Notes: a model not told the origin generated them from the letters alone. A stretch of DNA of 60,195 bases, filler included, from Globobulimina sp. (GCA_003354225.1; 8 parts of 8 records of this genome joined end to end with filler, not necessarily neighbours in it), one strand, 5' to 3'; counted from the whole stretch's first letter, positions 1 to 12,701 are shown. A program made the numbers and translations.

Positions 1-214
1 TTATTTGGTATTTATGCAATAAAATAGAAAACGTTTTTATTTTATTTCATTGTTATACAATAAAGTTAGTTTTACAGTATACAAATAAAACTTGTTTATA
101 GGCGTTGTTTTCGATAAAATATAATTTATACAGACGCACAATCTAATTTGGTAAATGGTAATTTGAGTCGTTGACATTAAAGCACAAATATTGAATCCAT
201 GACGTACGTATGTA

Positions 215-1111
215 TTAACTATCAAATCCCTGAAATGCTAACTCTTCTTCTTGTTGTTCATCGTTATGTGCACTTCCTAAACTATCGCGATTATCATTAA
301 CACGTAAATAATTTTGTTCAATCATTTCTGTCTTTCCATGGCCGCGGCCACAATCCATATATTCCATAACAAGTCCACAAAGCAATGTGATTGCTACCAT
401 TAAATGAAAAGTTGCAGACAATCTAAATAACATAAAAGAAGAATCCTCGAATACCGATAACATAATTGCAGGCACATCTGGTTGTACTGTATAGCTGTCC
501 ACTTGCTGTATTCCTACAAATATGTAATATAAATACATTTGGAGCCAAAATCCAATCGCTTATTATATTATTTGTATATATATATTCGTGCAGACAAAAC
601 CAGGTCAGATCAGATCAGAAATATTTGCTTTAATATGCATATATTATATACAAACCTGCTGATGCAATAAATAAATATTCTGCTATTTTATATAGGTTTT
701 TGAATCTGATTTGATCGCAACAACTTAAACGTAAACCACAATATAAAGCTGATAATATTATGTGTGCTGCACCAAAACAAATCACATAATCTCTGTCTTC
801 CAATAAATAACCAATATCTTCAAATGTGGAATATATTCCAATAGAAAAGTCACTGGACGGAAATTGATTTCGTATCTTTTTGTTTAATCCCATCTGAATG
901 CTGTATCGGCCCTTTTGGTGAATACAAAATTGAATATTAATTCAATGTTAATTTTATAATAAATATTTTTAGATAAATAGCATACCATAAACCAACGATT
1001 TTGAATCAATCCAAAAATTGTTGGACCAAGCAATGCAATAAACATTACTGCAGTATGAGTGCGTAATATCTTTTTTGCAATTGGCTGTGAATTGAACTGT
1101 GCAACATGCAT
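215..1111 (-). CDS. Three-exon multi-pass membrane protein of unknown function
   Basis: ORFs 884-1111, 630-893 and 215-538 join in frame through GT-AG introns at 912-985 and 514-655 (WFM|GRYSIQM and ASA|GIQQVD). Several hydrophobic segments. Confidence 0.65.
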
Positions 1112-1336
1112 TTTTTCCTATGGATGCTGTAGTGTTTGCTTTGAAAAACTTGTGCGTTTCATCAACATGAAGATGGATTTACAAACTAAAGAGAAAGTTG
1201 CCACCGTGTGTGCGAAATAATTCGAAAGTTTCCGTGTCGTTTCAAATTATTAATATTCTAAAGTATATTAAATATGACGTATTGTATTATTTTACGTATT
1301 TTTAAAGAAAAAAAAAGAATAAGAACTGTTTCTCGT

Positions 1337-2274
1337 TCAAGAACCACAACAAATTTTTAAATGGACAGAATGATTTACTTCATCAACATCAATAATTTTA
1401 AAACCTTCATAAAACACATGATCTCCAACCAATTTAATCCTTTGACATTCCACATGTTCCGCTTTTTCATGCACATTGTCTTTATCATCCCACAAATTGG
1501 CACATATCATTTGTTTAAGATAATGCGGGATATTCATATTATTTTTTATTTCAACCCGATTTCGAATATATCCAAAAGTCAACTTTTCATGTTCTATTTT
1601 CACCGCATCAAATTCAACCAATTTACCACCATTTTCAAGAAATACACGCAATGTCTCATCATACTCTGCCAATGTAAAAATAGTAGTAAAATATCCATGT
1701 TCATGGCGGGCTAATTTATGTTCAATTTTTAAGCCTAATTTCTCGAACTGATATTCTATTGGCTTCATTGCCCAATTTGGAGCGCCGCGATCATCAAACT
1801 TCAACTCAATATTTTTCCAATGACTGAGCGGGATGAGATTATCAGAAATATAGCCAAATGTATCCGTAATTGCGCCGCTATAAAATCCAGATCTAATTAC
1901 CTCGATCTCGGCAACAGTTAAATTTTCTTTATAACACGTTTCCAAGAATTGGAATACATCTCTCACGGTGAATGGACCTGTTTTAGTCATACTTTTCTCT
2001 AACATTACATCAGAAAATCGAGTGGTATGAAATTGTAATGAAAATTTATATTCTGCATTGTTATCACTTCCAAATGCGACTCCATTCCAAACTGAGTCTT
2101 GAATTTCAACAAATGCATTGCTATCAGAGTTCCAACAACGGCGTTCATTTAAATCTCTCCGCATATCCCAACCACAAATGGGACTTTGGCGGTTATTTAT
2201 AAATTTGTCGACTTGGTTTGCCAAACTGTTTGCGGCAAATGGACATGTTGTTAATTCCTCTGTTACCGGTTCAT
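1337..2274 (-). CDS. Hypothetical protein (~298 aa) with C-terminal LVGDHVFYEGF motif
   Basis: ORF 1337-2224 begins at TTG. An ATG at 2274 joins it in frame through a 41-nt GT-AG intron at 2226-2266 (MNR|LANQV). Confidence 0.6.
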
Positions 2275-2370
2275 TAAATAATGGAACAATGGCTATTTAT
2301 TTCATCGATATTTGTTGCTGATAATATGAATTTTTTAAAAAACATCATACGGTTTATTTCGTTTTACACC

Positions 2371-5300
2371 ATGGCTGAGGAAGCTGCAGCGATGAAAGGA
2401 CACTTAAAAGATTTACAAAAATCATTAGATCAAATTGACGACGATAACAAAGTGATTGATGTCCAAATAGAATCACTTCAAAATCAAAAAGAAGACTTAG
2501 AACAACAAAGAGTTCAAATTCTAACCCAAATGCAATCATTAATCAACTCTCAAAATAACAAGCACGGCCAAACAAATCGTAAGAACCGCAATAATACCAA
2601 CAATTATAATACTTCTCCACAAAATAGCTTACGAATGGTTCAATTTTGCGGGGAATTTAAATGGGACAAAGCAGTGCAACATTCTCTTGTAAATACATTC
2701 AAATTGCAATCATTTCGAAAAATGCAACGGGAAATAATCAATTGTACATTGAAAAAGAAGGATTGTTTTGTCATATTGCCCTCTGGCGGCGGCAAATCAG
2801 TATGCTATCAATTACCGGCTACATTGCCTAAGCCGTACACCAACAAAGGCATCACATTGGTCGTTTCGCCATTGGTCGCATTGATGATCGATCAATGTTA
2901 TCAATTGAATAAAATTGGAATAAGTTCAGTTTCAAAATGTGTTCCCAGAAATTTCAAAAAAAATAATTGTGTTAATTCTGAAAATAAATAAAAAACAGAG
3001 GCTGGCTCCTTACATGGAACTGATAATTCGCGCACAGAACATAGTGAAATATACAATGATTTGGAAAGCACAAAGAATGGAAGAGATCCGACCTTTAAAT
3101 TAATATATGTCACACCTGAAAAAGTAGCAAAATCGAAGAAGTTGCATAATAAATTGGAGATTGCATACAATAATGATAAATTTGATCGAATTGTGGTGGA
3201 CGAAGCGCATTGTTGCAGTCAATGGGGTCATGATTTTCGAACTTCATATAAGAACTTGAATTTATTGCGTAGACAGTATAAAAATGTACCAATATTTGCC
3301 TGCACTGCAACTGCCACCGACGAAGTATTGAAAGATACCATGAAAATATTAAGTTATATATCCTTGCACTTATATCACTAACTCGGCATTGCTCGTCGCC
3401 ATCTTTTGTAACACAAAAATGTTAGAAAACGTTCTGACGTTGAAAAATTTCAGACATTTAATGGTGACGAACAAACATTAATGTACAGAAGTAATGAAAT
3501 ACAAAAATACAAAATTATGACAGGGATGAAAGACGCAGTGATATTCCGCGGGTCGTTCAACAGACCAAATCTGCACTACTCAGTCCGTCCGAAACCCGCC
3601 ACCAAAAAAGATTCCTTATCCCAAATCCTTAAAATAATAAACGAAGAATTCCGCGACGAAAGCGGCATCGTATACGCCTTAAAAATCAAAGATTGTGTCG
3701 AGATCTTTGAGTATTTGAAAGAAAACGGCGTCTCATGTTTGCCGTATCACGGTGACATCAGCAACGACTTACGGGACAAAACGCAGACCAAATGGTTGGA
3801 GGATAAGTGCCAAGTCGTGATTGCGACCCTGGCCTTTGGATTAGGCATAAACAAAGCCGATGTGTCCTTTGTTATTCATTACACCATATCCCAATCGATC
3901 CAGAATTACTATCAAGAATCAGGCCGTGCGGGGCGTGACGGCGCGACATCAAATTGCATCTTACTCTATAAACCGAGTGATTGTTTCAGTCACATTGCTC
4001 CTATGATTGCACAGAAAACCGATGCACAAAAACTATTGAAACCCATCATGGAATACGCCCATAATATGGACAAATGCAGAAGGAATCTGATGGCCAAATC
4101 TTTCAATGAGGAAAAGAATATTACTTCTGACATCTGTGCAGGTGCTATTTCTATTTGTTTATCATTTTTGTATGTTAAAAATGATGTTTTTTTTTATGTG
4201 ACAGGCGTTTGTGATGTGTGTGATGGAGGGAATGCGGACGAATATCAGCGACGGGATATCACGGATGACGCGGTGTTGATTAATAAGATTGTGAGCAAAA
4301 CGGGAAAGAGCACACTGTCCATGGCGCAGTTAGTCGATGTATGGCGAGGTAGTTCGTCGAGTGTGCTGGGAAAGAGTTTGATTTCCGAGCTGCGCATTGA
4401 AAAGATGAAAAGCAGTCGTCTTAGCAAAGCAGAATGCGAATATATCATCGGTGGCTTGTTTGTGATGAGTTATCTGAACATTGATACGCGATTCACAACG
4501 TACCAGGCGGTGTGCGTCATTGTGGCGGGACAGCGAGCATTCACATTGACGGATATGTATAGAAAGAATAAGGAGATTAAGGTGATGATAAATTTGCCGG
4601 TGTTGGGGAAAAGGAAGCGAAGTAAATTGAACTCTGGGCGTAAAAAAATGCGATCAAAGAGTGCGATAAACAGTAATTGTAATAATAATAATAATAAGTT
4701 ATCGTCACAATCAGCGTCGAACTCGAATGGATGGATGAATGTGAGACGGGGCAAAAATGTGAAAGGGGTAAACACCGAACCAAATAAGAAAAGAGGGAGG
4801 AAAAGAAAACGCGAACAAGTGTTGAATTTGTGCAGCGATGATGACGATGACAGTGATGTTGAGCTGTACGTAGAAGTTAAGTCAAATAGAAATAAAAAGC
4901 AATCATTAAATACCTCCAAATGGGAGTTAAGGTATTGTTTTCTTTCATGTTTTATGCATATAAAATCTTAATTATTTACTTTAAGTGATGATGACGACGA
5001 ATCGTTTACATTTGATTTTGACGCTGATTGCAAGAAAGAGAAGAAAGTGAAAGTGAAAAAGAGTAAAAAAAAGAAAAGAAAGAAAAAGAGATTAAGCGAC
5101 GTTGATGAATGTGAAACAGAAACGGAAGCACCAAAAAGAAAAAGAAGAAAATTAACAAATAAAAAGCGAAAAACAAACAAAAAACCAGAAGCGAATAATA
5201 CTAATTCTAATAATAATATTTGTGAAATTGCGGTACCTGAAAAATATGCAGATAATAGTTTGGAATATAAAATGTTTTCAGAGTTACATAGTTGGAATCG

Positions 5301-6186
5301 ACTGAAAAATAAAGCATTGCCTAATGACGATATCGCCCGATTACTGGATAATTTGTCTCATGTTTTGAGTGAGGAACAGCTAGAAATTGAGCGAATAATT
5401 GGGATGAATAAATGGAGGAAGTTTGGCAAGGACTTATTGAGAGAAATTAAAAGAGTGCGTGCCGAATATAACAATAATATGCATCACAAGCAGCAAAATA
5501 ATAATCACAGTCAAAACGCATCGGTTATTCACAACAATAGTCCAAATTCTGCGCCTGCTCAAAATGATAAACACGCAGCAAATCACTCGAATAATATTGC
5601 ACAGACAACAACGAATAATACTAATAATTGGAACAGGATACAAAATAATAATGTTTATATTGACAATTCCGAAGCAAATAATAATATAAATCACAATGAG
5701 AATGGGAATAAAAAACAAAGGGTGATAACACAGATTAAAATTGCAGAAAGTTTAAGGAATAGGAATGCCAAATCTCCATCGTTAACCTCCTCATTTTGCC
5801 CTGCTTCGCTGGTAAATAATAATAATAATAAAACTGCACCAATTTCAATTGCCAGACAAAGAAGAAATTCTGCACCAAAGCAACAGGTAAATAATGGCAA
5901 TAAGAACAAGGGAAACAATAAAAGGGGTTCGCGAATCATTCATAATTCAGCATTGCATAAGAAATTATTGTCAACAACCTCATCATCGTCAGCTTTGAAT
6001 AATGATTTGAATGATAATGGGAATTGCAATGGATTTGAATACCCAGATTCGTCAGATATGGAGGATAATATTTCAACGCCTCGATCATCGACAGTCGACG
6101 AGTCGCCATTGTTCATCCGACAAAGGCAAGAAAATAAGAGATCTGCATCAAGTCGTTCAGCAAAACTCAAACTGAATTTTCAATGA
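2371..6186 (+). CDS. RecQ-family DNA helicase with N-terminal coiled coil, RQC zinc site, HRDC-like domain and Asn-rich tail
   Basis: Motifs ILPSGGGKSVCYQLP, YVTPEK, VVDEAHCCSQWGHDFR, TATAT, SFNRPNL, YYQESGRAGRDG and CDVC. Predicted introns at ~2924-2998, 3353-3523, 4142-4204 and 4932-4985 link four ORFs in frame. Confidence 0.93.
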
Positions 6187-6270
6187 ATGTGACATGTTTA
6201 AACTGTATTACGATGACTTTTCTTTTTTTTATTCATGTTTTACGATTTTAATTTGGTAAATTAATTATTC

Positions 6271-7456
6271 ATGTTTTTCACAGTCTACTTCCTCATAGCA
6301 TCATGGGCACGTTCGCAAGCACCACCGCCTGATGGACATATATTCAATCAAAGATTGGACCATTTCAACCCGCAAAACCTCATAACATTTCCACAGAGAT
6401 ACTTCACCTCAGACAAATATTACAATCCTCAAAACAGCACAATTTCCACCATTTTCTTTTATTGTGGCGGAGAAGGCGACCTCGAAGGATTTTGGAACAA
6501 CGTCGGTTTACCATTCGATATTGCCACTCAATTTAATGCATTTATTGTATTTGCTGAACATCGATATTATGGCAAATCGTTACCTTCAAACATGTCGCAA
6601 TCCAATCCATCATATTTTAAATATTTATCAATGGAACAAGCAATTGCTGATTTTGCTGTTATTGCTCAATACATAAAAAACCAACAAATATTTCCCAATT
6701 TACATGATTCTCCAGTCATAGCATGGGGCGGCTCTTATGGTGGGATATTATCTGCATTGCTAAGAGTTCATTATCCCGCTCTCTTTCAAATTGCGATTGC
6801 GGCCTCTGCGCCGTGGCTACAATTGATGAATGCCGGCAGTCCAACCATATACTTTGAAATTGTAACAAATGATTATAATTTATCAAACAAACAATGTCCG
6901 CAAATCGTAAGAAATGGATTCACGCAAATGTACCAACAATATGTCAACAACAATAACTATGAACCTTTGCAATCAATATTCAATACATGTGACCCAGTCA
7001 CTGTTGACAATTTTGATAATTTTATCAATTGGATCAGAAACGCTTTTGCTGTGTTTGCACAAAGGTTTGTGACTTGGAACAGTTTCATGCCAATTACTTT
7101 AATATAATTTATTTTAATTACACAGTGATTATCCGTATGCCACAGGGTCAGCAATGCCGGCTTGGCCAATTGACTATGTTTGCAACAACATATTATTACC
7201 AAATATGAATCAAACATTGCAGGCAATATCAAGAACCACGCAATTCTTTTACAACAATGTGAGTAATAACAATGAATTAAAATGTTTGAATGTAAGTGAG
7301 TTATTTCCATATTGCAGTGACCATTGTTGGTGTGGTACTGGGCCGAATGCGCACGCTTGGAACTATCAGCAATGCACAGAGATTATAATAGCAACAAATA
7401 CAAATAACATTAAGGATATGTTTCCGCGCTCTGTCTGGGAGCTTGAAAATATGACA
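6271..7456 (+). CDS. S28 serine peptidase (prolylcarboxypeptidase/DPP-II family), 3' end cut by the contig end
   Basis: Signal peptide, QRLDHFN, EHRYYGKS, EQAIADFA, nucleophile motif GGSYGG and AWNYQQCTE. Intron 7065-7125 restores DYPY. Confidence 0.92.
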
Positions 7457-7556
7457 NNNNNNNNNNNNNNNNNNNNNNNNNNNNNNNNNNNNNNNNNNNN
7501 TTAATTAATTAANNNNNNNNNNNNNNNNNNNNNNNNNNNNNNNNNNNNNNNNNNNN
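7457..7556. other. Artificial contig linker
   Basis: 44 N + TTAATTAATTAA (stop codons in all frames) + 44 N; identical at seven places. Confidence 0.98.
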
Positions 7557-7846
7557 ACTGCAATATTGGCAATGCTGCAGTTTTATTTATGTTACCGTCC
7601 GCTTGCTATTTAATGAGATATCATAATGGGTTTGGTATATTATGGTTAAATTATGTTTTGTGCAAAAACTGTAAAATACCATCAGATATATTTTCATCTT
7701 CATATCTATTGGTTATGTGCAGAGGCGATACTAACAAAAATAGCAAACAATCAACAGTTGGAAAATATGTTGCTTTGACAATATTGATCGTGGGAGTTTT
7801 GTGTAGTGTCATTGGAATGTACATATCAATATCACAAGAAATTTAG
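7557..7846 (+). CDS. 3' fragment of a membrane protein, possibly an amino-acid transporter
   Basis: Frame is open from the contig start. GNAAVLFMLPSACYL and a final TM helix resemble the C-termini of Aa_trans proteins. Confidence 0.4.
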
Positions 7847-7941
7847 TTATGTTAATACTCACAAACGTTTAAATTTGATATCTTGTGGAATCGGACATAT
7901 ATAATTGCAAAATAAGTTTTTTTAACTACTTTAGTTAATTA

Positions 7942-8606
7942 ATGCTAACTAAACTAACGCGGCTTTATGCGTCCAGGGTATATGTGATTATTGATAGAGT
8001 ATTCTTAACACGTCCATTGCTCGGTGGCTCTCTGTTTGCATCATGTAAGGGATTAGCTGCGGATTTATTTGTTCAAACACAATTAGAAAAAAAGAACAAA
8101 GATCAATACGATTTGAAACGAACAATATTTTTTGGATTATTTGGTTTCTTTTATTGTGGTATATTTCAGTATGCACTTTACGCAAAATTATTTCCGCTTT
8201 TATTTCCGAACATTAATATCCCAAATGTAACCGCACAAATCCTAACAGGTCTTTTATATTCATATTACATATACTTATTTCTGTATATATATATATATTA
8301 ATTTCACTGCAAACAGATGTATTTATTCATGCTCCGCTGATATATTTCCCAACATTTTATTCCCTGAAATATGCATTTCTAAATCCTAAAAATCAGAATA
8401 AATACAGTGAACGGGTAATCTCTGGATTATCCAATTATTTTTTTTGTAATATATATCAAGATATCGAGAGCGCGCTAAAGTTTTGGATTCCAACACAAGT
8501 GTTAACGTTTACAGTTATTCCATACCATTTAAGAGTGCCATATATAGCATCCGTTGCATTTATTTGGATGGGAATAGTATCTTATTTAAGGGGTGGGTCA
8601 ACATAA
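7942..8606 (+). CDS. Mpv17/PMP22 family membrane protein
   Basis: RPLL...ADLFVQ...YDLKRT. After intron 8249-8316 the frame reads FWIPTQVLTFTVIPYHLRVPY...W...SYL and stops at 8604-8606. Confidence 0.85.
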
Positions 8607-8763
8607 TATAACAAGCATGAAATCCGTGATAAAGAGACTTCAAAGTTGTATATATTTAACTCAATAATTATTTTTAACCTGTTTATTTCACTTTATTTGT
8701 TTTCTTGTTGTACGTTTTTTATATATATAGGGGGGTGCATACATTAACAGACAAAGTTACCTC

Positions 8764-10128
8764 ATGTCTTACATTCAAACACTTTTCAGGCGTAAATTGT
8801 ATGGCCTCAGATCCTTTAATCATAATTTCCGTTTATTTGGAACTAGGTCAATTAATATGGACCGCACAAAAACGCTAGAAAATGGATCCAAAATGGACAA
8901 TGAAATATTTTCGGAGAAAGAGATGCATCGCAGATTAACAAATACACATCAAATTATGCAGCAATTTAATATTGATTATGCATTGTTTACTTCATATCAT
9001 AATATTTGTTATTTAACACAATTTTTACATTGTAAATTTGGTCGAAAATATGCATTGATTGTTGATAAAAACAGCGAGTCCGATATGAATTTAATAGCCG
9101 CTAATATCGATGGAGGGTATCCGTGGAGAAGATCTTCCAAAAATTGCAAGGTCACTTTATATACAGATTGGCATAAAGATAACTATTTTTTTGCCATTCA
9201 ACAAATATTAAATGGAAATCCATCGAGAAAATCCTTTAAAATTGGTATAGAATTTGATGTGATGACACTTGAATCCATGCAACAAATCAAAGATTATTTT
9301 AATACAAATAATTATAATTTAGAATTTACAGATATTAGTCACAAAATGATGAAATCAAGAATGATAAAATCGACAGAAGAACATGAATTGATACGGAATG
9401 GTGCTCGCATTGCGGATTTGGGTGGATATGCCGCAATAAATGCGATACAAAATGGCTATAATACAGAACATGAGATTGCTATGCAAACAACAAATAAGAT
9501 GATAGCAGAAATTGCAAAAACGTTTGGTAACAATCAATATATTGATTTAATGGACACATGGTGCTGGCTACAGAGTGGTATCAATACGGATGGCGCACAC
9601 AATCCAACCACATCTAAAACCGTACAAAACGGTGATATTCTGTCTCTGAATTGTTTTCCAATGATTAATGGTTATTATACAGCATTGGAACGGACTTTAT
9701 TTTATGATACAATTCCGAGTGAACAGCATCTTAAATTATGGGAAATAAATTGCAAAGTACATAGTCGAGGAATAGAATTAATTAAACCAGATGTTAAATG
9801 TAGTGATATTGCAAATGAATTAAATACAATTTATATGGAATATGGTTTATTAAAATATAGAACCTTTGGATATGGTCATTCATTTGGTGTATTATGTCAT
9901 TATTATGGAAGAGAGAGTGGTTTGGAATTAAGAGAAGATAATGATACAATAATTGAGCCAGGCATGGTCATATCAATGGAACCGTGTTTTACTATTCCTC
10001 AAAGTGTAGATGGTTATGGTGGATATAGGGAACATGACATATTAATTGTTCATCAAAGTGGTACGGAAAATATTACAAAATTCCCTTTTGGTCCTGAATT
10101 TAATGTAGTTAAACAAGCAAAAGATTAA
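8764..10128 (+). CDS. Creatinase (creatine amidinohydrolase, M24 fold) with mitochondrial-presequence-like N-terminus
   Basis: Motifs QSGINTDGAHNP, LSLNCFPMINGYYTALERTLF, YRTFGYGHSFG, YGRESGLELRED, SMEP, GYREHDILIV and NITKFPFGPE. Intronless; the first ~30 aa are Arg-rich with no acidic residues. Confidence 0.92.
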   Translation: MSYIQTLFRRKLYGLRSFNHNFRLFGTRSINMDRTKTLENGSKMDNEIFSEKEMHRRLTNTHQIMQQFNIDYALFTSYHNICYLTQFLHCKFGRKYALIVDKNSESDMNLIAANIDGGYPWRRSSKNCKVTLYTDWHKDNYFFAIQQILNGNPSRKSFKIGIEFDVMTLESMQQIKDYFNTNNYNLEFTDISHKMMKSRMIKSTEEHELIRNGARIADLGGYAAINAIQNGYNTEHEIAMQTTNKMIAEIAKTFGNNQYIDLMDTWCWLQSGINTDGAHNPTTSKTVQNGDILSLNCFPMINGYYTALERTLFYDTIPSEQHLKLWEINCKVHSRGIELIKPDVKCSDIANELNTIYMEYGLLKYRTFGYGHSFGVLCHYYGRESGLELREDNDTIIEPGMVISMEPCFTIPQSVDGYGGYREHDILIVHQSGTENITKFPFGPEFNVVKQAKD

Positions 10129-10277
10129 CATTTTTAATTTTACATAACATGCTATAAATCCGACTGCTGCATTCGCTATGATAATAATTTGATGTGGAAA
10201 TCAAATGCTAATGACATTTTCAAAAAATATAAAGATCCAACAAACCAAAAAAAACTTTTCTTTCTCATATAAGAAGC

Positions 10278-11201
10278 ATGGGATATACAACCTTCTTCGA
10301 AGGATCAATGGTCGTAAAACGCCGAAGGCTTGAATTTAATTTAAAATTTCCGGAAAAGAAACAGGATGACGCCGACGATGATACAAAAACAACATTGAAT
10401 TTGGAACAAATTCATTCCGATTTATTTGAAATTATTGCACTGTTTGCTTTTTATAATGAATCAATATCAGCCTTACATTATTTAAGATTAGTTTCAACGG
10501 ATTTATATTTTTTATCTTCTAAAATTCATCAAAAGAGATTATTTGATTGTGTTGATTTAAAAACTGTGAAATTAATAAATGGTTTAGCTTCGTCGCGAAG
10601 GATGATCCGATACCGTTATATTAATGGTGTTGATTATGGATTGGATGGACAGTATTTTATAATGGATGGTCACTATTCATGTTATGATAAATATGACACA
10701 TTTTATAATGGAAAAAAGGTATTTGGGAATTCCCCCCCTCGAACTCAGCCATCTTTATGGTTGCAATGGATATTTAATAAAGAAAAGCAATGTATTGAAT
10801 GGAATGGAGGTGAGAACTTTTATTGTTATGTTGAATGGTTAATATATATAATTAATCATATTTTGCATCCAAAATATGTATTATTTGGCGAGATTAAATG
10901 GGATGGCGGCTTTGAGACTGATATGGGCAAAATTATTATTAAAAATGATATGAAAAATATTGTTAAAACTGAACCAGAAAATAAATACTTGGAATTTGTA
11001 TCAAGCAGTAAACAGAAAGATGTTTTTTTGTATGGTGACCGCTATGGTCTGCCATCAAACTCTGAAAAAATATTACAAGCAATCAATGATAAAGATTGGA
11101 TTGAAAATCATAAAGAAATTAAAGATTATGCCACTTTACGCGATAAATCTGCAGAATTTGAGTGCGATGATGATTATGAAGAAGACTTTGATATTATATA
11201 A
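10278..11201 (+). CDS. Hypothetical protein resembling a phage/bacterial MGYTT...QP.LW.QW family, with an F-box-like insertion
   Basis: Blocks MGYTTFFEG, GLDGQYF, PPRTQPSLWLQW, IEWNGGENFYCYVEWLIYII and GEIKWDG. Intronless. Confidence 0.55.
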   Translation: MGYTTFFEGSMVVKRRRLEFNLKFPEKKQDDADDDTKTTLNLEQIHSDLFEIIALFAFYNESISALHYLRLVSTDLYFLSSKIHQKRLFDCVDLKTVKLINGLASSRRMIRYRYINGVDYGLDGQYFIMDGHYSCYDKYDTFYNGKKVFGNSPPRTQPSLWLQWIFNKEKQCIEWNGGENFYCYVEWLIYIINHILHPKYVLFGEIKWDGGFETDMGKIIIKNDMKNIVKTEPENKYLEFVSSSKQKDVFLYGDRYGLPSNSEKILQAINDKDWIENHKEIKDYATLRDKSAEFECDDDYEEDFDII

Positions 11202-11607
11202 CTACAAATTAATTTCAGTTTTTCTACTGCTAATTCCACAAAGTTTCCATAATGTGAACAGCATTATTTTAAGTTTATTAATTAAAACATTCGCAGTGAC
11301 GGTAAGTCAGGAATCAGTCAATCAGAAACAAACAAAAGATTAATATTTTTAAATACTGACAATTATTTGATGTGCTGATGGCAATTATCAATAATTCAAA
11401 TGCCATCAACAAACAAAAAAAAACTTTTGTTAAAACTGAACCAATCAAATGATCACTTTTTTCAAAAAAAAGCTAAATAAAGACACCAAATCACCGATAC
11501 AAAGAGCATCCGGTTTTCAACGTCAGATTATTATTGTTTCTGAGAAACGAAGGCAAACCTATATTATTTTTGCCTTTGTCAGTCACCAGAAACGGTTTGC
11601 AACTACC

Positions 11608-12612
11608 TTACCCCAATAAAAATCTGACGCTGAAAACCGGATGCTCTTTTGCAAAGTCGAACAAAACAAGAAAAACATCACTTGTCTTTGAAATGATTTC
11701 ATGTGTTTGTGGTGTAAATGATGAATTAAATGGTTTGATTGAATCAAAGCGTTTCTGAGCTATATTTGATAAATTCCTAAACTCATTTTTGGAATAATAA
11801 TTTTGTAAATTATGAATTGTAGCCAATCCTTTGTTTCTCCACATTAAATATGCACTGTCTTTCAATGCTCCGAATGAGTTTAAAATCAAATGAGTTTCAT
11901 AAATCTTATCAATATCTCTAAAAGATATTGTTTTAAGATCAGTTGTATTTGCACAATCATCGATTATTTTCAATGCATACAATTTGCTGACATCTGTTAC
12001 GTGCAATAAATTCAATGCAATTTCATAAAATTGTATTCTTCGCAATAATCCATTCATTTTTGCAATATTATGTATTTTAGGGATTTTAATATGGAACAAC
12101 TCAGTCATTTTAGTTTTTTTTTGGAATAATTTTGGAAAATACTTATAATTCGCAGCTAATAAAACAAATGGGAAAACATGTGTTTTCCAATATTTAGGAA
12201 GATTGGTTGCCAAAATAAATGGAATGTGCGAGTTATTTTGAAACAACGCTTCAAGTTCACCAAACATTGTGCCATACCATAATATTGGTTCGGTTTTTGA
12301 TAAATCAGTTAGTAATTTTGATATGTGGTTAATTTGCATTGTTTAACCATAATCGTTTTCAATCAAGTTATCTTCAATTATACTCAACCATGTTTTTGAA
12401 ACTTGTCTTGTGTTGATTGCGTTTGCAGCATTCAAGTAATGTAAACAAAGTTGTTGTAATTCCATTGGCAAATGTCTAAATAAACTTTTATAGTCACAAT
12501 TTGAATCGTTTGTCGTGTTATATCGGCTATTTTGGAGTGATGGGATGGATTTGGTTGAGTCTGCAAGTTGAATCACATGAACAATACTTAAAAAAACAAT
12601 TGAAAGAGCCAT
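11608..12612 (-). CDS. Signal-peptide plus F-box protein, interrupted by an in-frame TAA that may lie in an intron
   Basis: ORFs 12343-12612 and 11608-12339 share one frame. Hydrophobic N-terminus; F-box-like LPMELQQLCLHYL...RQVSKTW. A 99-nt GT-AG intron at 12249-12347 would remove the stop. Confidence 0.6.
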
Positions 12613-12701
12613 GATGCAACAAGCTATGAAAGTAGAGAGTCTATCTTCAAAACTTTAAGAAATCAGTCAATCGGACCTTGCGCCGATTAGGACCATTAGG
12701 T

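Noticed and set aside
8764-11201. Bacterial contamination
   Set aside because: The genes share a contig and base composition with a spliced Mpv17 gene and a Kelch gene, and the creatinase has a eukaryote-style leader.
12343-12345. TAA reassignment (alternative genetic code)
   Set aside because: TAA ends many well-defined genes here (creatinase, FAHD1, sterol reductase), and an intron or nonsense mutation explains this case.
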